A stretch of 64,000 nucleotides of DNA, from NCBI GenBank assembly GCA_009103225.1, contig RHPI01001567.1:4864-68863 (forward strand). The letters are read 5' to 3'. The notes below the pieces were generated by a model. That model was not told where the DNA came from, did not search any database, and worked only from the letters and a program-made list of their open reading frames with translations. This stretch comes from Chlorokybus atmophyticus (Eukaryota > Plantae > Mesostigma and Chlorokybus algae). Shown piece by piece: positions 56,023-64,000 of the stretch (positions within the stretch are counted from its first letter, which is position 1; each line of letters opens with the position of its first letter). Position numbers and translations under genes: made by a program.

Positions 56023-57560
56023 CTACAGCTCCTCTCCATCATCGCTGGTCTCGTCATTACGGAACAAAGCACCACGCGCTGGGGCCTGTGGAGGAGACGC
56101 CGGAGCTTGCTCTTCCTCCTCAAACGGTTGTGCCAGCCAATCAAATGCCGCTTCTGCCTCAGCGAGCGGGTCACGAGCTGCTGTCTCTTGCGGCCGGCGC
56201 CGATTGGGATCTTTCAGGTATTCGACACAAGATGCAGTGCGGCGTTTCACAAGGGTGAATGGCTGGAGGGCTGCGTACCGTTGCCTCATCTCCCGCTTCA
56301 TTGACATGATCATGGTGTTGATTTCGCTGAGGTACTCTTCATGTGTGTCTATGCTGGCAGCTAGGAGAGGGTCTCCATCCTTGCCCTTTAGGATGCGCTC
56401 CACCTGCGTAGTTTACAGGCATGTCATAGTGGCATCGAAAGCCACTATTTACTGTAACGCGTCTGCAAGCCTGTAGTTTGGGGCTACAGCATTCCTGAAT
56501 TGCTAATGATGGAGTTCAGAGTGCTCACCGTAAGCAACAGGTATGCGAGGTGGTTGACTATTAGCTGCCGGCGACCAGGTGTAGTGACGGCGTAAGACCA
56601 GCATTGCACGATCATTTGCCAGATTATGGGATTGCCCCGTTCATGGATGTATCTCCTCCGCTCCGGGTCCGCAGTGTCGGTCACCTCAAAACTCCGCCAT
56701 GACTTGTCTGCGACAGTCACATGGACAAGGCATTAGTCACGAAATAGATAGTTCAAGTTGAGCCTGCACCAGGCTAGAATAGTGCCTGTGACTTACTTTG
56801 GAGCGCGTTGCGCATCTGGGCTTTTTGGGTCTCGGGGTCCATTAGGGCGTCGATGTGCCTGATTGAATCGGTTACAATAGGCGAGATGAGTACGTGTGTA
56901 TGGAGGCTGAGTAAGAAGGCAGTGTTGCATAGCAGACATGGTGGTGAGGGACCCAACTCACTTGCGCTTGTTGCTGATAAACAGTGTCCACTTGTACTCC
57001 TTCTCAAGGACATGCTTGATCTTGGTGACGTTCTCAGACCGGACCTGCGTAGCTTTCTTCAGGGCGACACTCCAGTGGAAGGGGCACTCTTAGGAGTCCA
57101 GTACACCTCATAGGATATTGGCCGCATCGGCCTCGTCGTCATGGTCGAAGCCAACTACCTGTCACGGGCAGGTTGGTCAGTGTCACGGTGCAGTGCGGTC
57201 ATGAAGCATTCACAACACCTGACACATGACGTTACGAATAGTGTCCTCCTTGGGATAAACGTGGCTCTCTACCCAGTGGCCGTTTATGATTTCAACGACG
57301 GCATCTCGCAAATGCTGTCCACAGAAGAACAATCCGTTACACACATACACACAGTGTCACAGTGTCACACAGTGCTTACCTCGTTGCCAATCTTCCACTT
57401 GCTTGGGGAAGGGTTGCTGACGGCCGAGGTTGCCACGTCACGGCCAAATGCGTTTGGGTTGGGGGTTCCAATCGACCCTCTGCAAGCACAACCACATGAG
57501 TCATGCTGCCAGCCATGAAAGATGCAACCCTCACAGTTGCAAAAGAAGAACAACGAGCAC
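56023..57560 (-). pseudogene. Degenerate multi-exon gene with a Mutator-like D...CxFH motif; possible DDE transposase relic
   Basis: Splicing gives KWKIGNE|HLRDAVVE..NVMCQ|VVGFDHDDEADAANIL*GVLDS*ECPFHWSVALKK, with two in-frame stops (TGA, TAA). The third catalytic residue was not located. Confidence 0.4.
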
Positions 57561-59257
57561 AGTGTATCTAGAACGCATGCAGTGAGTCACTGTGCTAGTC
57601 ATGATAGAAGCAAGTATTCAAGTTAGAAGTTGAGCAAGAAGCAACGTGCACAGTGCATCAAGAATGCATGCTGTCTAGCTTGCCCTTGCGACTGCGGTGT
57701 CAGGTGGAGTTGTTGTGATGTGCTGGGCGTTAGCGCGGGGTCTTGCTGCGATTGGTTGGCGACGGTTGCCTGGTTGAACACTGGGGGCAATGTGGACAAC
57801 TGGCGCCGACCTCCACGACGAGGTGCACTTACGGATGGACCACGAGGCATCTCTCCAACTGATAGTCGGGTGCCGCCTGTTTAGCTGTAAGTGGCGCTGC
57901 CGCCTCCAACGCTGCCGCCGCCGGTTGGCCCGCCCGAATGTATGAGGCGCGAAAACGAAAATGAGGCGGTTTTGAACGTCTAGAGTCCCGCACTAGAGTC
58001 GCACTTGTAGTGCGTCCTTGCTCCTATGGTTGATGGTACGACTTATGCATTCGTGCCATGCATGCTTCGTACAACCATTGTTACCAATGGTTGTGTCGTA
58101 ACATTTATGGTACGACAGAGGCATCTCTCGTCCAACCCCAGCGATTGCCGTACAATGGCTCTGTCGTACCATCCATGGTACGACAGAGCCATTGCTCAAT
58201 CAGCCCAAATGGGAGTTAGCATGCACTCACCCAAACACGCTTCATTGATGGCCGGATGATGGCACGCAGGGGCACCAGGTCGATGACGGGTCGAATGTCA
58301 GGCTTGATGGGCCTGGGTTCGACTAGGAGGCGGAGGACCAGGAGTCGGAGGAGGCGGCGGCGGCGGCGGCGGCGTGGCACATCTTGCGAGAAGTTGTGGT
58401 CGTAAGAGTTCAAGCAGCGAAGCCAGCTACTACCGGTCGCTACGTCATGGATCATGGCAGGCGTCAGCAATAGGGCTGTCCAACATGCATCACCAACATT
58501 GGACAAACCAGCAGGCAAGCCATTAAAGACCATCTTCACACAGAGAGCTGCTTGGTGGCTCGCTTTCTGCAACAGGGAGTGGATCAGGAGCTGCAGTCCT
58601 TGGAGCCCCTTGTCAGAACCATGCGGGACCAATTGCGGCTGTGGGAACAAGCACAAAGGAATGCAGAGGTACGCTCAACAGTCACATGCATTTCCTTGCA
58701 AGAGCAATTTGTTTTTTAGCGCAGTCCATGTGATATATGTAGCGTGGCTGCAGGCCTCCACTATTCACCCATACCCACCCTACAGTCAAGCCGACATGGC
58801 GGAAGCAAGAGCAGATAGACAGAGCTGGGCGGCGGTATGTTGTTGCTAATCTCGCTGTGCATGTTTACTGCAATGTCGGCTCCAATGCATGCCTACCTTT
58901 GCATGCTAGGATGTGCGTGAGCGTGCGAAGTCGCGCGCGCGTGCCGAACGAAGTAGGCTGGGTTTGAGCACAGGAGCGCGTGGCCATTCGTCCGGCATTC
59001 AACCAATAGTGCATCAACCAGCAATGACGCAGTCCATGCAATCATTCGTGCATCAACCAGCAATGCCGCAGGTGACTGTTCGAAGCAACCAACTGATGAC
59101 GATGTGACGCAGTTGACTATTGCAATTGCAGTGTCGCAAGCATGCAGCTAACCCACATGTGATTGGTTGACAGCGCCACAGTGCACTAAGTCCTGTTGGC
59201 GCTCCTATGCAAGCCTGGATTCAATCCCATTAACTGGTCCTTCAATCCCACTTGCTG

Positions 59258-62200
59258 ATGGGCGCGACGGCAATGCAGCATCAGTTTAACATGCATGTTG
59301 GCCTGTTGAATCCCGACATGTCCATTGGGGCAGTGGCGCATGATGTGCCCATGGCTCAAGAGCTCCGTGACGAGTCTGCCATCGAGGGTGGCGGGGAGAG
59401 TGCAGCCAATACCACCTTGTCAGCCCCCATGGCTTCCCCTACTCCATGCAGCCCACGGGCCATTGAGGTAAGTCGCTGTCTTTCATGCTCGTGCCTTGGT
59501 AACAATGCGTCAGGCACTGCATAAGCTTATATTCATCCTTTGCAACATTGTGAGCCATCTTATCCTGGGTCCTGTATACAGCCCCCCTTGCTGCATGCAC
59601 AAGTGGTCTCACCTGCAGCTCCTGCTCCCCTCCCAGCCAGAGCGCAACCACCTTCCGCGGCACCAGTCCTTCGTGCACTGCCATCTCCTCCACGAGCAGC
59701 ACCGGTGATTGCGGGGCAACAATCCTTCTTGCCGCCACCGGCGAGACCACAGCACAATGCAACAACCGATGTGGCTTCTGCACCTACCTTACCCCACCCG
59801 CTGCAAGTTGAAGCCGGCAGTCTGCCCCAAACTCAGGTACTTTATCAGTCACTGTGACTCTTGCCGTCCACAGTTGGACACACCATGTGAGTGCTGTATG
59901 CGCATGCAGCAGGGGTCACCACCTGCCAGCGAGTCATCAGAGGAGCTGGCCGCAACCCGCATACGGCCATCAGTCATGCTAGGTGGCCAGCTCGCCTCAT
60001 GGGACCACTTCAATGCGCCAACGGATGGTAATTGCTTCTACCATTGTGTATTTCGCGCCAGGCCATCCATAGCGCAAAGTGTCCTGGATGATCACAAGTG
60101 CCCCAGCTCGAGCAGATTTTGGGCCATGCTGGACACCATGGACGACGACGGCAGGGGGCACACTCTCCGCAAAATCACCGCCAAGGCTGTCGATGCAGGC
60201 GTGGCGAGCAGAATCCTAGACTTCTGCAGAGCCACTGGTGCCGCGGGAGAGATGGCGCAGTATTACGACAAACTGCCTGCGACCATGTTGGCTGATATCA
60301 ACTGCAACATTGACCTAGCCATGGCCAAGGTGCGACAGATCGTGCGGAGAAAAGATGTGTACGTCGAGCACCTGCAGATGACCATGTTTGCCAACAAGCT
60401 GGGCTTGTTGATTGGCTGCGTGACCGTTCAGCGCGAGCATGGGGAGTGGGTGCCACGGCCCGGCAGCGCAGTTTGGGTTGGAAATAAAGAAGCCCCCAAC
60501 TCAGTCCTGGTGGTGGGCAACACTGCTCCTGATGAGCCAGAAGCACACTTTTGGCTCCTCAAGCCTGCAAGCACCGAACAGTGGTCGTGGCCTATGCATG
60601 AAGTGCCACCGGAGGTAACACACCTGATCGGAGAGTGGCGGAATGGCGTTGCCAATTCCCCGCTACCACCGGCTGTGACCCAGAGTGCTGCGCCAACGCC
60701 TCAGGCCTCGCCTTCGTGTGCTAGGCAAGAAGTAGCCGAGTGTTCTGCACATCCTGCCTCCCCTCAACCACAGCCACATGCTCGCAATCCCAATTCAGCA
60801 CCCTCCCTTCCTGCCGCGGAGACTCACTTGCCACCGCACTCTGACCATCCGGAGGCATCTCCATCAAGAAGCAGCTGTAGCTCGCCCTCTCCCTCTAAGC
60901 TTGCCACATTGATCCCAGCCTGTCTTGTTGGTAAAGAGATTGATCGAGGTGTCCTGAAAGCTGCGCTGAAAGACAAAGGCTTCATGCTCGACCTCATGAA
61001 GCAACATGAGGTCGTGGAGGAACGGGAGGCAACCAACAAGCGCAAGGCTGTGGAGCAAGAAGATAACGCCTTACCTCCTCTGAGTGACAGTGCCACGGAG
61101 AGCGCCTGCCAGGATGTGCAGGGTGACAAAAAAAAAAAGAAGAAGGTTGTTGGAACAAAGGACGCTGACAGGACCAAAAAAGGAAAGGTGAGGCATCGTT
61201 ACAACATTAGAAGAAGCACAGCGCCTTGAAGCCTCACTGGGGCTGACTGTGTGTCCTGAGTAGGCACAGGCGGGTTTACAGCGTCAAGTGGCTGCTCAGC
61301 ATCGTCCAGAGAGACAGCCGGTGCGGCACGAGCTGCCTAAGCTCAAAGCACCGACGCGCAGACGCTTTGGGGGGCTGACTCGTAGTGCAAAGGAGTTGAT
61401 CACCCTACAGTACGCCCAAGACGCGCTGCATCACCGCATGCGGCATGCCTCGAGGTGGGTGACGAAAGTTTGCAATAAGTGGGAGCAAACGCGGAGAATG
61501 CGGTCTAAACAGACCTCTGGGGATTGGCCGTGGTTGGAACCCATACACGATATGGCCATCCGTAGTACGTTGTTGCCCCTCGCCGTCCTCGATATGATGG
61601 TGTTGTTGCTGCCGCAGCACCCCGGCAATGTGCAAGAGCTATCTGCGGAGCAGAACTTCGACCTGCTGCAGCAGATGTACCTGTCGATGTCGACTAATGC
61701 GGGTCGAGATGTGTGCCACTACCTGAGCAAACATACTGGGTGGCAAGTAAAACCATTCGAGCTGTACTTGGCATGCTTTGGCTGGCAGTGGCTGTATGTC
61801 ATACGGCACGTCGAGCTGATTCTGTGGAAGCTCGAAGAAAATGACGATGCGGGGGAGTACACGAGTGACGACAGCCATGTCGAGGGCCTGGATGAACGCA
61901 TGCTGGACGAGACCACCAAGACCAGCAGGTGGTGTATGGCGGCAGATGGGCGTCAGGTGATCGAGCAGGCAGTGGAGCGTTATGCTGCGCCATTCAGATG
62001 GGAGTCGCTACGCCTGCGACGCGATAACAGAGTTTGGTGGCAGAGGCAGCTTGCACACCCGCGTGCACCATGTGTGCTGATTTGTCGCATTGAAGAGCCA
62101 CCCCCCCCAGCGGATGGGGAGACGCCCTGTTGCAAGAAAGCGATGTGCCATGTCTGCATCATAGCACATCAGAAGACTGTGGCAAATAAATCAAAGAATC

Positions 62201-62298
62201 TACAAGCGTGTCCATTCTGCAAGCAACCTCACCCGTTTTGGTCGCCACGCCTGATGCAAGACGCCAACGTGTCGGCGGTGATTTGGCCCCCGCCTTGA
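59258..62298 (+). CDS. Intact 4-exon gene (~918 aa): Pro-rich N-terminus, OTU-like cysteine protease, basic NLS-like run, C-terminal RING-like zinc finger
   Basis: Exons 59258-59467, 59582-59836, 59913-61187 and 61282-62298 are all phase 0 with GT-AG and no stops. DGNCFYHCV (Cys 60033) and EAHFWLL (His 60546); CVLIC..PCC..MCHVC..CPFC. Confidence 0.8.
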
Positions 62299-62781
62299 TG
62301 CCAATTGTGCATGTATTGTAGTTTTGTGTTGGCTTCCTGTGAACCATGTAGGTACATGTATAGTTGCAGCATGGTGCATGGTGCACCAGAGATCTGCTGT
62401 TGTTAGAAGCATTGGCTGTACATGTGTATGATGACTGCCCGGCGCATGAGTCAGTGCATGGCTTGCATACCTCGCTGGTTTAGAGCGTGGTTGACAGCAA
62501 CAAACTCGGACAGCGCTCTGGGTTCCATGGCATGACAGCACAGTATTACTCTACGATCGTGGTAGTATGCGAGTATCCTTGTACTGTAGTACCATTAACA
62601 GATAGAGTACCATTCATGTTGATGTAGTACCATGCATGGTACTGCAATAGCGTATAAGGTACAGTCGTGCTTCACTTGAAGTTTGACCCATTTAGGGTTC
62701 GTAAGCTGGCAACCCTAAATTGATGCCCATACCCTAAAGTCTCGCTCAGTTTGTGGGCAGCCGTGCCGATTCCTATTTTGC

Positions 62782-64000
62782 ATGATGTCGGCGGCAGCAG
62801 TTGAATCACCCTCACCTAGGAGACCATGCTTGGTGTGCCCACAATGCAATGCGTACGTATGTGCCAATGGCCGTAGGCAGCAAATGCGAGCACACTTGAC
62901 CGAATGCCAGCGAGTGCAGACAGTGTGCCACGGTTTTAGTGCTGCTTGCTGGCATCACACCACACACAATGTCGACGTGTTTGGCTGCCGCCTCGGCCAA
63001 GTGCTGTGCAAGGAACCCGAGTTTTTCCATTGCGTGCAGTGCGTGTGCGAATCGTGCTCGCGCTCATGCTTCGAGTGGCGAGGGGAACCCATGCGCTTCT
63101 TCACATGGACAACACCGGGACATGTGGTTAGTGGACAGGTGGTGGATGCTGTGGAGGTAATCCACAAGAGTGGACCGCGACATATCACTGCATGTTATGT
63201 TGGGCGTATGCTTATTTCATGCACGTTGAAGCTGTTGTCGCATTCAGAGCAGTCTTGCACGGTGTGGGCGTGGGCAGTTCCATCCCCTGGCCGCTGTAGA
63301 GGAGGCAGACCATCGACCGTTGGACAGCGCACTGCATCGGCTGCGGAACGCAGTTAAGTTGGGATGCGAGCAGCTGATCGGTGTGAGTGTCATGGTGCAT
63401 TGGCCGCTGGATGGGGAATGGTATGCGGGCGTTGTGGAATCATTCAAGCAAGCGTCAGGTCAGCATCGCTTCGTGGCGTGCGAGATTGAGGACGCATCAT
63501 ATATGCATGGTGCAATGGAAAATGTCTTTGCAGGGCAGCACCGTATAGTATTCGATGACGGTGATCGACCACAAACCATCAACTTCAAAGGGCACAACAT
63601 ATTCGCGTACACATCATTTGACAACGTGGTCCCTGGCCAGCACCACGGCCAGCCTTGACCACATACACGCCATTTGACAACAAGCTGGGACGCACACGCA
63701 GACCAAGGGCACTCGACCTATTCTGCGGCGGTGGCGGTGCCAGTGTCGGTCTATACCACGCAGGCTTTGACGTGACCGGGATGGACATAAGTCCCTCCTC
63801 TGAGTACCCGCTGCCCTTCATACACCGCGATGTATGCACCCTGAGTGCAGGAGAGCTGAGCGAGTACGAGCTCATCTGGGCCAGTCCACCATGCCAGGCC
63901 TATTCAGGTGCTATCCCGGCACCTCAACGGGCGGCACATGGCACATCCTGGAGACACCAGGATATGATACCGCTCGTCCGACGTCTGCTGCTTGCAAGCC
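62782..64000 (+). CDS. Zinc-finger/Cys-rich, Tudor and C5 cytosine DNA methyltransferase fusion gene, truncated by the window end
   Basis: Exons 62782-63156, 63248-63458, 63534-63606 and 63702->64000 splice in frame. Tudor LIGVSVMVHWPLDGEWYAGVV..SGQHRIVFDDGD; MTase motif I LDLFCGGGG, GMDI, and motif IV WASPPCQAYS (Cys 63892-63894). Confidence 0.88.

Noticed and set aside
58216-58656. 146-aa minus-strand ORF with an Arg run
   Set aside because: No recognisable motif or verified splice structure; it may be a further exon of the relic but is unsupported.
62690-62740. Telomere-like TTTAGGG/CCCTAAA motifs (also at 22421 and 32240)
   Set aside because: Isolated single copies, not arrays.
63320-63658. 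Stand-alone 112-aa Tudor ORF as listed in the track
   Set aside because: Its stop (63656-63658) and the FVACE..VFA insert fall inside well-formed introns; splicing gives a better Tudor domain and joins the MTase.
63700-64000. Bacterial contamination as the source of the MTase
   Set aside because: It is contiguous with intron-containing exons that use the same donor/acceptor style (gtacac, cacgcag) as RUS6 and the pogo genes.

Overview
Eukaryotic, intron-rich, transposon-dense DNA. A RUS6-like gene and a tRNA-iMet-primed chromovirus suggest a green-plant-lineage alga (inference). The left 38 kb is stacked, mostly decayed elements. These are an Academ/DUF6589-like transposase relic, a CACTA/EnSpm transposase split by a complete 6.2-kb Ty3/gypsy chromovirus with a GTTGT target duplication, a multi-intron CryptonF-like tyrosine recombinase, and two intron-bearing pogo-like elements with TIRs and TA duplications. 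The middle holds host genes: a secreted NIDO/PKD-like protein and RUS6. The right end holds the most interesting signal, two adjacent, apparently intact spliced genes beside a decayed Mutator-like transposase relic. One is a 4-exon gene joining an OTU-type protease to a RING-like finger. The other, absent from the ORF track as a whole gene, splices zinc-finger and Tudor exons in frame onto a bacterial/phage-style C5 cytosine methyltransferase that runs off the window. All family calls come from motifs read by eye; no database search was run. No rRNA, tRNA or CRISPR array was seen.
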